This document shows positions 7,976 through 18,099 of a DNA stretch of 39,461 bases, piece after piece (position 1 is the first letter of the stretch; each line of letters begins with the position of its first letter). The notes under the pieces are model-generated. The model was not told the DNA's origin. It searched no databases and was given only the letters and a program-made list of their open reading frames with translations. The translations under genes were made by a program, and so were the position numbers. The DNA is from Escherichia phage PhiV-1, in sequence record MT542512; one strand, written 5' to 3'.

Positions 7976-7997
7976 TATACGACTCACTATGGAGGAA
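7975..7997 (+). promoter_or_regulatory. Phage RNAP promoter, variant (phi1.5 position)
   Basis: CTATACGACTCACTATGGAGGAA. Confidence 0.5.
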
Positions 7998-8004
7998 CAA
8001 CCTC

Positions 8005-8085
8005 ATGCTATTTCTTATTGCTGCTGTTATCTTTGCCACGTTTGCCTTCGTTATCATTGACGACAACTGCTGGCCTGATTGCTAA
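8005..8085 (+). CDS. Tiny hydrophobic ORF (26 aa)
   Basis: GGAGG RBS 8 nt upstream; MLFLIAAVIFATFAFVIIDDNCWPDC; sits between two promoters. Confidence 0.2.
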   Translation: MLFLIAAVIFATFAFVIIDDNCWPDC

Positions 8086-8105
8086 TACGACTCACCTATG
8101 GAGGA
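8083..8105 (+). promoter_or_regulatory. Phage RNAP promoter, variant (phi1.6 position)
   Basis: TAATACGACTCACCTATGGAGGA. Confidence 0.5.
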
Positions 8106-8112
8106 AACACTT

Positions 8113-8376
8113 ATGTTACGACTACACTTCAACAAATCAAATGGCATCTTCTCTGCCCGTGGCGCTGACCGTTCAACCGTTCTGGCCTCTGAGAAACACG
8201 CAGTCATCCCTAAAGTGCTTGGCTCGACCATTGAGTTAGCACCTCGTGTTCACGCTGTAATCACCACTGGCTTATATAAAGAAGCGACCACTGGCTCCCG
8301 GCCTTTCATTCCGGTTCTCGTCACCCGTTTCCCTAAAGTCCGTCTGGTAATTGCGCGTATCAAGGAGGTGTTCTAA
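8113..8376 (+). CDS. 1.6: gp1.6-like protein
   Basis: 88 aa from ATG 8113 with GGAGG RBS; MLRLHFNKSNG...RGADRSTVLASEK resembles T7 gp1.6 as recalled. Confidence 0.7.
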   Translation: MLRLHFNKSNGIFSARGADRSTVLASEKHAVIPKVLGSTIELAPRVHAVITTGLYKEATTGSRPFIPVLVTRFPKVRLVIARIKEVF

Positions 8377-8687
8377 TGGTCTGCATGGCATGTTTAGAGA
8401 ATGATGACCGCTACCCACATACATGTGAACCTGTAGCTAAACCACAAGATATAGAGGGTGTTCGAACTCCGAGCCACTATATGTTGTTTGATGACATTGA
8501 GGCTATCGAAGTGATTGCCCGGTCGATGACCCGTGAACAGTTCAAAGGGTACTGCTTAGGGAACATCCTTAAGTATCGCCTACGTGCTGGTAAGAAATCC
8601 GAACTGGCATTCTTAGAGAAGGACATGGCGAAAGCTTGGTTCTACGGTGAACTGTACGAGAAACATAAGGGTAAGTGCTATGCTTAA
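8376..8687 (+). CDS. 1.7: gp1.7-like protein, short form (C-terminal homology only)
   Basis: 103 aa; HYMLFDD.EAIEVIARSMT.EQFKGYC.GNILKYRLRAGKKSELA.LEKD resembles C-terminal part of T7 gp1.7 (196 aa) as recalled. Confidence 0.6.
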   Translation: MVCMACLENDDRYPHTCEPVAKPQDIEGVRTPSHYMLFDDIEAIEVIARSMTREQFKGYCLGNILKYRLRAGKKSELAFLEKDMAKAWFYGELYEKHKGKCYA

Positions 8688-8781
8688 TGACATCTTATCT
8701 TTCCTGTTAATTTGTGTTGGAATGGGCGCTTGCCTGTTCCTCATGTTTTGGGCTATAGAGGTGGAATATGGAAAAGCCTAG
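8680..8781 (+). CDS. Small hydrophobic ORF (33 aa)
   Basis: ATG 8680, RBS aaggg; MLNDILSFLLICVGMGACLFLMFWAIEVEYGKA. Confidence 0.25.
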   Translation: MLNDILSFLLICVGMGACLFLMFWAIEVEYGKA

Positions 8782-8862
8782 CGAATGGTGTGAGCGTATG
8801 TTTGAAAAGACAGGCAACACCGACTACCTTGAATTATATAATCACTGGAAGGAGAGAGGACA

Positions 8863-9054
8863 ATGAGCACTCTGAATAAAGGGTCACTCGTAAACGGTGA
8901 CAAGAAGTTCTTCGCAACGGTCGAAGGCCAAGGCCAATCGTTCGAAGTCCCTGTGTTCGCTGCGTCTCTTGAAGAGGCAAACGAGTTAGCTGAATGGCAG
9001 TATGTTCCGGCTGGCTTCGCAGTGACACGCATCCGTCCAGACCGAAAGGTTTAA
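8863..9054 (+). CDS. 2: Inhibitor of host RNA polymerase
   Basis: 63 aa; FEVP...[18 protein letters not shown] matches T7 gp2 as recalled. Confidence 0.85.
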   Translation: MSTLNKGSLVNGDKKFFATVEGQGQSFEVPVFAASLEEANELAEWQYVPAGFAVTRIRPDRKV

Positions 9055-9074
9055 TAGGACTCACTATTGGGAGA
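9052..9074 (+). promoter_or_regulatory. Phage RNAP promoter (phi2.5 position)
   Basis: TAATAGGACTCACTATTGGGAGA. Confidence 0.65.
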
Positions 9075-9122
9075 CACATCGTTTCCCAATTTTAACTTTC
9101 AGAAACTTTAAGGAGAAACATC

Positions 9123-9821
9123 ATGGCTTTCAACAAACGTAAAGTATTCACTTCCGCTCGTGGCGTTGCTGAACCGTATTGCTATCTGGCTAAACCGGAC
9201 TTCGGTAGCGGTGACTTCAAGAACGAACGTGGTGTCTACAAGGTGTCACTTACTGTATCCAACGACGACCCCCGCTGTCAGAAAATGATTTACGAGATTG
9301 TCGAAGCCCATGAAGCGGACTATGCTGCTCGTCTCGAAGAGTACGAAGCGAACCCGCCGAAAGTTGTCAAGGGTAAGAAACCGCTGAAGCCGTATGTTGG
9401 CGACATGCCTTTCGTGGATAACGAAGACGGAACCACTACGTTCAACTTCAAGTGCTACGGCTCGTTCACTGACAAGAAGACTGGTGAGAACAAACCAATC
9501 GACTTGGCTATCGTGGACTCCAAGGGCAAGCGCATTCGTGGTGAACGTCCAGCTATCTCTGGTGGCTCTGAACTGAAAATCAAATACACCCTGTTCCCTT
9601 ATGGCTGGTCTGCTGTGGCTGGTGCATCCGTTAAACTACAACTGGATTCTGTGATGCTGATTAAGCTGGTCGAGTTCGGTGGTGGTGATGACGATTGGGG
9701 TGATGAAGTCGAAGAAGACGGTTATGTAGCTGATGAAGCACAGACCCGCAAGCCGCAGAACGACTCTGGCTGGGACGAAGAACCAGAAGAGGACGATGAA
9801 GATGAAGACGGTGACTTCTAA
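9123..9821 (+). CDS. 2.5: Single-stranded DNA-binding protein
   Basis: 232 aa; acidic C-terminal tail ...DEDGDF; strong match to recalled T7 gp2.5. Confidence 0.95.
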   Translation: MAFNKRKVFTSARGVAEPYCYLAKPDFGSGDFKNERGVYKVSLTVSNDDPRCQKMIYEIVEAHEADYAARLEEYEANPPKVVKGKKPLKPYVGDMPFVDNEDGTTTFNFKCYGSFTDKKTGENKPIDLAIVDSKGKRIRGERPAISGGSELKIKYTLFPYGWSAVAGASVKLQLDSVMLIKLVEFGGGDDDWGDEVEEDGYVADEAQTRKPQNDSGWDEEPEEDDEDEDGDF

Positions 9822-10267
9822 TGGCTAAGGGTTATGCAGGTCGAGGCACTCGTGTGGGTGCCTTTCGCTCTGGCTTGGAGGATAAGGTAAGCAAGCAACT
9901 CGAAGGGAAGAACATTAAGTTCGACTACGAGCGCTGGCGTGTACCATATGTTGTTCCTGCAAGCAACCATACCTATTGCCCGGACTTCCTATTACCTAAT
10001 GGCATCTTTGTGGAAACAAAGGGTCTGTGGGATAGTGACGACCGCAAGAAACACTTACTGATTCGTGAACAGTATCCTGAACTTGATGTGCGCATCGTGT
10101 TCTCTTCAAGCCGCTCTAAGCTATACAAAGGGTCTCCGACCAGTTATGGTGAGTGGTGCGAGAAGCATGGCATTCTGTTTGCTGACAAATTAATTCCAGT
10201 TGATTGGCTGAAAGAGCCTTCTAAGGATGTTCCGTTCGATAAATTTAAAGAGGTGAAGAAGAAATGA
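9821..10267 (+). CDS. 3: Endonuclease I (Holliday junction resolvase)
   Basis: 148 aa; VGAFRSGLEDKVSKQLE, PDFLLPNGIFVETKGLW, KKHLLIREQ.PELD.RIVFSSSR as in T7 gp3. Confidence 0.95.
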   Translation: MAKGYAGRGTRVGAFRSGLEDKVSKQLEGKNIKFDYERWRVPYVVPASNHTYCPDFLLPNGIFVETKGLWDSDDRKKHLLIREQYPELDVRIVFSSSRSKLYKGSPTSYGEWCEKHGILFADKLIPVDWLKEPSKDVPFDKFKEVKKK

Positions 10268-10719
10268 GTAAGGTACAATTCAAACCACGCGCTGTGACAG
10301 AAGCAATCTTTGTCCACTGTAGCGCAACCAAGGCGTCCATGAATGTTGGACTGCGTGAAATCCGTCAGTGGCATAAAGAACAGGGCTGGCTTGATGTAGG
10401 CTACCACTTCATTATTCGCCGTGATGGTACAATCGAAGAAGGCCGTCCGGTCGATGTAGTTGGGTCTCACGTTAAGGACTGGAACAGTAAGTCAGTCGGT
10501 GTGTGCCTCGTTGGTGGTATCGACGATAAGGGCAGACACGAAGCTAACTTTACGCCAGCACAGATGCACTCTCTTAAAGAGAAACTGGCAGACCTGAAAG
10601 ACCTGTACCCGGATGCAGAAATCAAAGCACACCACGATGTGGCTCCTAAAGCGTGTCCAAGTTTTAACTTGAGTCGCTGGCTGAAGACTGGTGAATTAGT
10701 AACAAGTGATTGGGGTTAA
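10264..10719 (+). CDS. 3.5: Lysozyme / N-acetylmuramoyl-L-alanine amidase (also RNAP inhibitor in T7)
   Basis: 151 aa; AIFVHCSATK, REIRQWHKEQGWLDVGYHFII, AHH.VAPKACPSF as in T7 gp3.5. Confidence 0.95.
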   Translation: MSKVQFKPRAVTEAIFVHCSATKASMNVGLREIRQWHKEQGWLDVGYHFIIRRDGTIEEGRPVDVVGSHVKDWNSKSVGVCLVGGIDDKGRHEANFTPAQMHSLKEKLADLKDLYPDAEIKAHHDVAPKACPSFNLSRWLKTGELVTSDWG

Positions 10720-10723
10720 TATT

Positions 10724-10813
10724 ATGATGATTATTCATGAGATGGGAATGTACGATATGATTTACCGCTGTGTATTCGTTCTGGCATTGACCTATATCTT
10801 AACTCGTAAGTAA
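10724..10813 (+). CDS. Tiny ORF (29 aa)
   Basis: MMIIHEMGMYDMIYRCVFVLALTYILTRK; below track threshold. Confidence 0.2.
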   Translation: MMIIHEMGMYDMIYRCVFVLALTYILTRK

Positions 10814-10833
10814 TAGAACTCACTATGGGAGGA
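10811..10833 (+). promoter_or_regulatory. Phage RNAP promoter, variant (phi3.8/4c position)
   Basis: TAATAGAACTCACTATGGGAGGA. Confidence 0.5.
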
Positions 10834-10883
10834 CCGAAAGGTTTCTCCCTTTGTTCGCTAAAATTGTATAAGGAGTAACCACT

Positions 10884-12687
<1,804 letters not shown>

Positions 12688-12695
12688 TAGTAAAT

Positions 12696-12718
12696 CAATA
12701 GAACTCACTAATGGGACA
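12696..12718 (+). promoter_or_regulatory. Phage RNAP promoter (phi4.3 position)
   Basis: CAATAGAACTCACTAATGGGACA. Confidence 0.6.
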
Positions 12719-12761
12719 GACACTCTGTTCCCACTTATCAATCCACTTAAGGAGAATCACA

Positions 12762-12974
12762 ATGTTTAAATTCATCAACACTCTTGGTAAGCTGGTAGTT
12801 AAAATGTACTTCCGTGAAGCTAAACGTCTGAACGACAAGGCACGTAAGGATGCAGAACAGGCTCAACGCTTGGCGAAACAGGCGCGTCTACTATCTGAAG
12901 ATGCAAGTGCTGGCGTTACGTCTGCTGCTAAGATTGCAGCGAAAGCAACCGACCTGAACAAGTTCTTCCTGTGA
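12762..12974 (+). CDS. 4.3: gp4.3-like protein
   Basis: 70 aa from ATG 12762 (RBS aaggag); MFKFINTLGKLVVKMY..EAKRLND.ARK resembles T7 gp4.3. Confidence 0.7.
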   Translation: MFKFINTLGKLVVKMYFREAKRLNDKARKDAEQAQRLAKQARLLSEDASAGVTSAAKIAAKATDLNKFFL

Positions 12975-13153
12975 TGGTTACGATAACCCTTGTGCTCACT
13001 CTGATAACTGTGAGCGGACAAACAATAAGTCAAGTCCCTATCACGGCACCGAAGGCTGAGGCATACGAGATATGCGAACAGCAAGGGCGCTCATGGTCTA
13101 AGGACTTGATGAAGAACGGCAGGGTTTTCACTGCCAACTACAACTGTATCTAA
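12974..13153 (+). CDS. Hypothetical small protein with N-terminal signal/TM segment
   Basis: 59 aa; MVTITLVLTLITVSGQ... hydrophobic N-terminus. Confidence 0.45.
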   Translation: MVTITLVLTLITVSGQTISQVPITAPKAEAYEICEQQGRSWSKDLMKNGRVFTANYNCI

Positions 13154-13167
13154 TAGGAGTACACAAC

Positions 13168-13470
13168 ATGGCTATTAAATTCCCCGGCAACACAATCCGT
13201 CTGTCCGACACCATCGACCAGTATGCCCGTCGAGTGCACATCAACGTCCGCAACGGAAAGGTAACACTGGTCTACCGTTGGAAGGACAGTAAGTCCACCA
13301 AGGCGCACACACAGCGTGTGACTCTGGATGACACACAGGCAGGTCGTCTGCTGGCCTCCGTTGCTGTAGCCGCTACTGTGGCTGTAGGTGAAGACAATGT
13401 TCGTCAGGTTCTGCTGGGTAAAGCCGTGGAGTCTGAGGGCAACATGCTTGCTGACAAGTGTGAAGAGTAA
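13168..13470 (+). CDS. Hypothetical protein (gene 4.5 position)
   Basis: 100 aa; RBS taggag; no recognised motif. Confidence 0.55.
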   Translation: MAIKFPGNTIRLSDTIDQYARRVHINVRNGKVTLVYRWKDSKSTKAHTQRVTLDDTQAGRLLASVAVAATVAVGEDNVRQVLLGKAVESEGNMLADKCEE

Positions 13471-13472
13471 GA

Positions 13473-13517
13473 GTTAAACTAAAGGTCATCTTAACGGGTG
13501 GCCTTCGTGATTAACTT
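13473..13517 (+). promoter_or_regulatory. RNase III-type processing hairpin (R4.7 position)
   Basis: gagttaaactaaaggtcatc / gggtggccttcgtgattaac. Confidence 0.55.
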
Positions 13518-13528
13518 TTGTATGAAAT

Positions 13529-13551
13529 CTATTCAACTCACTAATGGGAGA
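13529..13551 (+). promoter_or_regulatory. Phage RNAP promoter (phi4.7 position), degenerate upstream half
   Basis: CTATTCAACTCACTAATGGGAGA. Confidence 0.5.
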
Positions 13552-13559
13552 ACAATACT

Positions 13560-13976
13560 ATGCGTAATCGTAATGTAATCGAAGCTGAAATCGCTAAACT
13601 GGAAGCTGAACTGGCAGATGTTAAAGAGTATGACTGTGCTCGTGACTCCGCTGTCCACATCCTGAAGAACTTAGGGTGGACCCGCAAGTATGGCAAGTGG
13701 GTCAAACCAGTAGCCAACTGTGGTAGCGTTGGTATGCAGACTTTCGACGCAGACAAGATGACCCACATTAAGGCTGGGGACTTCTGCACCTCCACCAGCA
13801 ACGCAGACATTTGGTATGTCCGTAAGGTCGAAGGGACAGACATTTGGTGCTCCCGTGTGACTCGCATTGATGCAATGGGTACAGTCGCTGGGATTCAGTA
13901 CTACAAGATGAACCACAAGAACCTGCGTGTGGTTGACCCTAAGAACTTCATGGGATACCGCAAATCTACATTTTAA
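13560..13976 (+). CDS. 4.7: gp4.7-like protein
   Basis: 138 aa, position and size equal T7 gp4.7. Confidence 0.65.
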   Translation: MRNRNVIEAEIAKLEAELADVKEYDCARDSAVHILKNLGWTRKYGKWVKPVANCGSVGMQTFDADKMTHIKAGDFCTSTSNADIWYVRKVEGTDIWCSRVTRIDAMGTVAGIQYYKMNHKNLRVVDPKNFMGYRKSTF

Positions 13977-13988
13977 GGAGTAAACACA

Positions 13989-16103
13989 ATGTTACTATCC
14001 GACATCGAAACAAACGGGTTGCTGCACAACGTTAGTCAATTTCACTGTGCGGTGACTTACGACTACACAACTGACCAGTACATCCGTTACCGACCTGATG
14101 ACTTTGGGGCGTACATTGATGCACTCGAAGCCGAGGTTGCTCGTGGTGGTCTCATTGTGTTCCATAACGGTCACAAGTATGACATCCCGGTAATCGAGTT
14201 GCTCGCCAAGAAACTGTTAGGCCGCGACGTTAAGTTCCCGAAAGAGAACGTACTGGATACCCTCGTGATGTCCCGCTTGATTTACTCTAACATCAAAGAC
14301 ACCGATGCTGGTCTGCTGCGTTCTGGCAAGCTGCCGGGTAAACGTTTTGGTTCCCACGCTCTGGAGGCTTGGGGTTATCGCTTAGGCGAAATGAAGGGTG
14401 AGTACAAGGACGACTTCAAGGCTTCACTGGCTGAGTCTGGTGAAGAATATGTTGATGGTATGGAATGGCTCCTGTTCAACGAAGATATGATGGAATATAA
14501 CGTTCAAGACGTTGTAGTCACCAAGGCTCTCTTCGAGAAACTTTGTAGCAACACATTCTATTTCCCTAACGAGACACCCGCTGGAAGCACAGAAGCAGAC
14601 CGTTTCTGGAATGGTAGCCTTGAGGCTGTTAAACTGGAACATGATGCTGCATGGTTGTTAGCCAAGATGGAACGTAACGGTTTCCCGATTGACATTAAGT
14701 CTCTTGAGAACCTGTACGCAGAACTCGCTGGTAGACGTGGTGAGCTACTCGTAGAGTTAACCAATACGTTTGGCTCATGGTACTCCGCTAAGGGCGGTAC
14801 TGAAGCATTCAGACACCCTCGTACCGGAAAGCCGCTCACCAAGTATCCTCGTGTTAAGTACCCGAAACAGGGTGGCATCTTTAAGAAGCCTAAGAACAAG
14901 AAGCAACGTGAGGGATTAGAGCCGTGCGAGTTGGATACCCGCGATTACGTTGAGGGTGCTCCGTATACTCCGGTTGAGCACGTTGTGTTTAACCCTGCGA
15001 GCCGAGACCACATCACCCGTGTTCTCACCAAGGCTGGTTGGGTTCCCGTTGAGTTCACCCCAAGTGGTGCACCAAAGGTAGACGACGAGGTCTTAGAGCA
15101 CGTTAAGGTAGACGACCCTGATGCACAGCGTTGCATTGAGTTGATTAAAGAATACCTTATGATTCAGAAACGTATCGGTCAGGTTGCTGAGGGTGATAAC
15201 GGCTGGCTCCGAATGATTGGAGAAGATGGTCGTATTCACGGAAGCGTTAACCCGAACGGTGCGGTAACTGGTCGTGCAACTCATAGTTTCCCTAACGTGG
15301 CACAGGTGCCTTCAATCCGTGCTGCATATGGCGAACCTTGCCGTGCTGCTTTCGGTGCCGAGCACAACATGAAAGACGGTAAGCCAGACCCTTGGATTCA
15401 AGTTGGTGTGGATGCGTCCGGCCTTGAGCTACGATGCTTAGGTCACTTCATGTATCGCTATGATGAGGGAGAGTACGTTGAGACTATCCTCACTGGTGAC
15501 ATCCATACGAAGAACCAATTGGCTGCTGGTCTGCCAACTCGTGACAACGCTAAGACGTTTATCTATGGGTTCCTCTATGGTGCTGGCGCTGCGAAGATAG
15601 GACAGATTGTTGGTGGTACTGCCGAAGACGGTAAGCGACTCATCAAGAACTTCCTTGAGCAAACTCCGGCTATCGCTGCATTACGTGAGGCCATTACAGG
15701 TACTCTCGTCAAGGACTCTAAGTGGGTTGGCGGTGAACAGAAAGTAACTTGGAAACGCCGTTGGGTTCGTGGATTGGATGGTCGTAAAGTACACGTCCGT
15801 AGTCCTCACGCTGCGTTGAACACCTTGTTGCAGTCTGCTGGTGCTCTGATTTGTAAACTGTGGATTGTCGAGACTGAACGACTGTTACTGGAAGCTGGCC
15901 TGAAGCATGGCTGGGATGGTGACTTTGCGTACATGGCATGGGTTCACGACGAAATACAGGTCGCTGCAAGGACTCAAGAGATTGCCGATAAGATTGTCGA
16001 GTTGGCACAGCAAGCAATGCGTAATGTGGGAGACCACTTTAACTTTAGATGTCAGTTAGATACCGAAGGTAAGACTGGCGCAAACTGGAAGGATTGTCAC
16101 TAA
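13989..16103 (+). CDS. 5: DNA polymerase (family A) with 3'-5' exonuclease domain
   Basis: 704 aa; DIETNGL exo motif, thioredoxin-binding loop (FGSWY..KGGTE.F.HPRTGKP..KYPR.K.PK.GGIFKKPKNK), YGFLYGAG, HDEIQV; strong match to recalled T7 gp5. Confidence 0.98.
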   Translation: MLLSDIETNGLLHNVSQFHCAVTYDYTTDQYIRYRPDDFGAYIDALEAEVARGGLIVFHNGHKYDIPVIELLAKKLLGRDVKFPKENVLDTLVMSRLIYSNIKDTDAGLLRSGKLPGKRFGSHALEAWGYRLGEMKGEYKDDFKASLAESGEEYVDGMEWLLFNEDMMEYNVQDVVVTKALFEKLCSNTFYFPNETPAGSTEADRFWNGSLEAVKLEHDAAWLLAKMERNGFPIDIKSLENLYAELAGRRGELLVELTNTFGSWYSAKGGTEAFRHPRTGKPLTKYPRVKYPKQGGIFKKPKNKKQREGLEPCELDTRDYVEGAPYTPVEHVVFNPASRDHITRVLTKAGWVPVEFTPSGAPKVDDEVLEHVKVDDPDAQRCIELIKEYLMIQKRIGQVAEGDNGWLRMIGEDGRIHGSVNPNGAVTGRATHSFPNVAQVPSIRAAYGEPCRAAFGAEHNMKDGKPDPWIQVGVDASGLELRCLGHFMYRYDEGEYVETILTGDIHTKNQLAAGLPTRDNAKTFIYGFLYGAGAAKIGQIVGGTAEDGKRLIKNFLEQTPAIAALREAITGTLVKDSKWVGGEQKVTWKRRWVRGLDGRKVHVRSPHAALNTLLQSAGALICKLWIVETERLLLEAGLKHGWDGDFAYMAWVHDEIQVAARTQEIADKIVELAQQAMRNVGDHFNFRCQLDTEGKTGANWKDCH

Positions 16104-16330
16104 TGGCTTGGTTATATAGAATACGTGAAGTTAGACTTACTACAGGAGAGACACTCTACTACCCTCAATTCCGCCACAAGTGGTTACCGTTTTGGTGCCA
16201 CTTCCGGGATTATTCAAATGAGAACAAAGTGTCATTCACTTATTACTCTGAAGCTGTCAACTTTGTTAACGAGTCGAAAGCAAATGACGAACCTGAAGTT
16301 AAACAGGTTGTCCGTAATCACTATCTTTAA
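16103..16330 (+). CDS. Hypothetical protein (gene 5.3 position)
   Basis: 75 aa from ATG 16103 overlapping gene 5 stop; the track ORF starts at an upstream TTG. Confidence 0.45.
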   Translation: MAWLYRIREVRLTTGETLYYPQFRHKWLPFWCHFRDYSNENKVSFTYYSEAVNFVNESKANDEPEVKQVVRNHYL

Positions 16331-16345
16331 TAGGAGACATACATC

Positions 16346-16630
16346 ATGGCTATTACTAAACGTTTTAAAGTATCATTTGAAGTTACCGCTGTAATCAACT
16401 CTGAGATGGAGAAAGGCTTCACCGAGGAACTGGTTCATTTGGCTAAGAAGGCTGCGGCAGGTGAGAAGATTAGTCCTCGTGACCGTGAACTTCTGGTACA
16501 AGCGCTGACTCATGGTGTCGGTGGTGCTATCTCCTTTGCCGCCAAACAGGGTATGCGAGAGTTCATCCGTACCGAGTTACCGGAAGATGGTCTGAAGGTT
16601 TCTCCAGCAACTATCCGTGAGGTGAAGTAA
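16346..16630 (+). CDS. 5.5: gp5.5-like protein (H-NS-binding protein in T7)
   Basis: 94 aa; M.ITK.FKVSF.VTA...MREFIR...SPATIREVK resembles T7 gp5.5. Confidence 0.7.
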   Translation: MAITKRFKVSFEVTAVINSEMEKGFTEELVHLAKKAAAGEKISPRDRELLVQALTHGVGGAISFAAKQGMREFIRTELPEDGLKVSPATIREVK

Positions 16631-16839
16631 TGGGTGAATATCTACGTGTACTGGCGGCTATCAAAAGCTGCCCTAAGACCTTTCAGTCGAACTATGTGCG
16701 CAACAATGCGTCACTGGTGGCTGAGGCTGCGAGTCGAGGTCATATCTCTTGCCTATCAGTCGATGGGCGTAATGCTGGCGCTTGGGAAGTAACAGGCGCT
16801 GGTGTCCGATTCCTGAAGAAGATGGGAGGTTGCGTATGA
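16630..16839 (+). CDS. 5.7: gp5.7 protein
   Basis: 69 aa; YL.VL.AIKSCPKTFQSNYVRNNASLVAEAASRGHISCLS.DGRN near-identical to recalled T7 gp5.7. Confidence 0.8.
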   Translation: MGEYLRVLAAIKSCPKTFQSNYVRNNASLVAEAASRGHISCLSVDGRNAGAWEVTGAGVRFLKKMGGCV

Positions 16840-17021
16840 GTCTGCACACAGACAACGTTACAGTGACCCGTGAGGCGTGGAACGACATGCAGTCGTACAT
16901 CCAGTCACTGGAGAAGAAAGCTGAGAAGCTGGACGCTCTGGAGGCTGGAGGTGTGGACAATAGGTCCGGCTACTGGTTCTCTCTGGAAGAGGCTGGTCTC
17001 ACAGGGGAGGACGACTTATGA
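16836..17021 (+). CDS. 5.9: gp5.9-like protein (RecBCD inhibitor in T7)
   Basis: 61 aa from ATG 16836 (RBS gggagg); ..R..WNDMQSYIQSLEKK resembles T7 gp5.9; acidic. Confidence 0.6.
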   Translation: MSLHTDNVTVTREAWNDMQSYIQSLEKKAEKLDALEAGGVDNRSGYWFSLEEAGLTGEDDL

Positions 17022-17932
17022 GTGCAATTACACTGAAGGAGTTCTACGAGTTACGCCAAGGGAAATCCGATAAGGGTGTTCTCGTAATGGATGGTGACTG
17101 GTTGGTATTCCAAGCGATGGCAGCAAGTGAAGTCGAGACAGATTGGGGTGACGATGTGTGGACCTTAGAGTGTGACCACGGGAAAGCGTGGAACATTCTG
17201 GTTGACTCTATCAAGTCCTATGCGAGCCGTAAGAAGGCTTGGCGTGATGCACCTATCGTATTGGCCTTCACTGACGCTGTGAACTGGCGTAAGGAACTGG
17301 TGGACCCAACCTATAAGGAGAACCGTAAGGCATCCCGTAAGCCTGTAGGCTACCGTGCGTTCATCGAGCGTGTCCAAGCCTGTGAGGACTGGACGTCTAT
17401 CCTTGAGGAACGACTTGAGGGTGATGACGTAATGGGAATCATCGGGTCTGGTGCTAAACATTTTGGTTTCAAGAAGGCTGTTCTTGTCTCCTGTGATAAG
17501 GATTTTAAGACCATCCCTGATTGTGACTTCTTGTGGTGCACGACTGGTAACATCTTGACTCAAGACCAAGCGACTGCTGACTACTGGCATATCTATCAGA
17601 CCATTAAAGGTGACTTGACAGATGGTTATGGTGGCATTCCGGGCTGGGGCGAGACTACCGCTGAGTGGCTGGAGAACCCATATGCCTTTGAACAGGTTGA
17701 GAAAACTTTCAAGTCTGGTGCCCGTAAGGGTCAGACAGTTCTCGAATGGAAGAAGGTTGACATGGGTGAGCGAACCTTATGGGAAGCCATTGTGACACTT
17801 GGTGCGAAAGCTGGGATGACCGAAGAGGAAATCATTAAGCAAGGCCGGATGGCTCGCATCCTTCGATTCGAAGAGTACAACTTTATCGACAAGGAGATTT
17901 ACCTATGGTCGCCGGAACAGTTGCGTTCGTAA
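17018..17932 (+). CDS. 6: 5'-3' exonuclease
   Basis: 304 aa; position, size and sequence match recalled T7 gp6. Confidence 0.95.
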   Translation: MSAITLKEFYELRQGKSDKGVLVMDGDWLVFQAMAASEVETDWGDDVWTLECDHGKAWNILVDSIKSYASRKKAWRDAPIVLAFTDAVNWRKELVDPTYKENRKASRKPVGYRAFIERVQACEDWTSILEERLEGDDVMGIIGSGAKHFGFKKAVLVSCDKDFKTIPDCDFLWCTTGNILTQDQATADYWHIYQTIKGDLTDGYGGIPGWGETTAEWLENPYAFEQVEKTFKSGARKGQTVLEWKKVDMGERTLWEAIVTLGAKAGMTEEEIIKQGRMARILRFEEYNFIDKEIYLWSPEQLRS

Positions 17933-17988
17933 TGTTCGCAATCGTAGTCCTCGCAATGGTGTGGGCTGCATTCATCGCAACACTTTGA
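17932..17988 (+). CDS. Tiny hydrophobic ORF (18 aa) at gene 6.3 position
   Basis: MFAIVVLAMVWAAFIATL; very short. Confidence 0.15.
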   Translation: MFAIVVLAMVWAAFIATL

Positions 17989-18023
17989 GTGTGTAACTCT
18001 AGGCATTCTGACCCTCGTGAAAT

Positions 18024-18046
18024 CAATACGACTCACTATGGGAGAG
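18024..18046 (+). promoter_or_regulatory. Phage RNAP promoter (phi6.5 position)
   Basis: CAATACGACTCACTATGGGAGAG. Confidence 0.65.
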
Positions 18047-18099
18047 GGGTGCCTATATGATACCTACTTTAAGTTCTAACTTTAAGGAGAACATCTATT

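Noticed and set aside
7967-8239. Track ORFs 7967-8239 and the 8098 start for gene 1.6
   Set aside because: The ATG at 8098 is within the promoter (cacctATGgagg) and GGAGG follows it; the properly spaced start is ATG 8113. ORF 7967 runs across two promoters
16125-16394. 89-aa ORF overlapping genes 5.3 and 5.5 in another frame
   Set aside because: No RBS; overlaps better-supported ORFs
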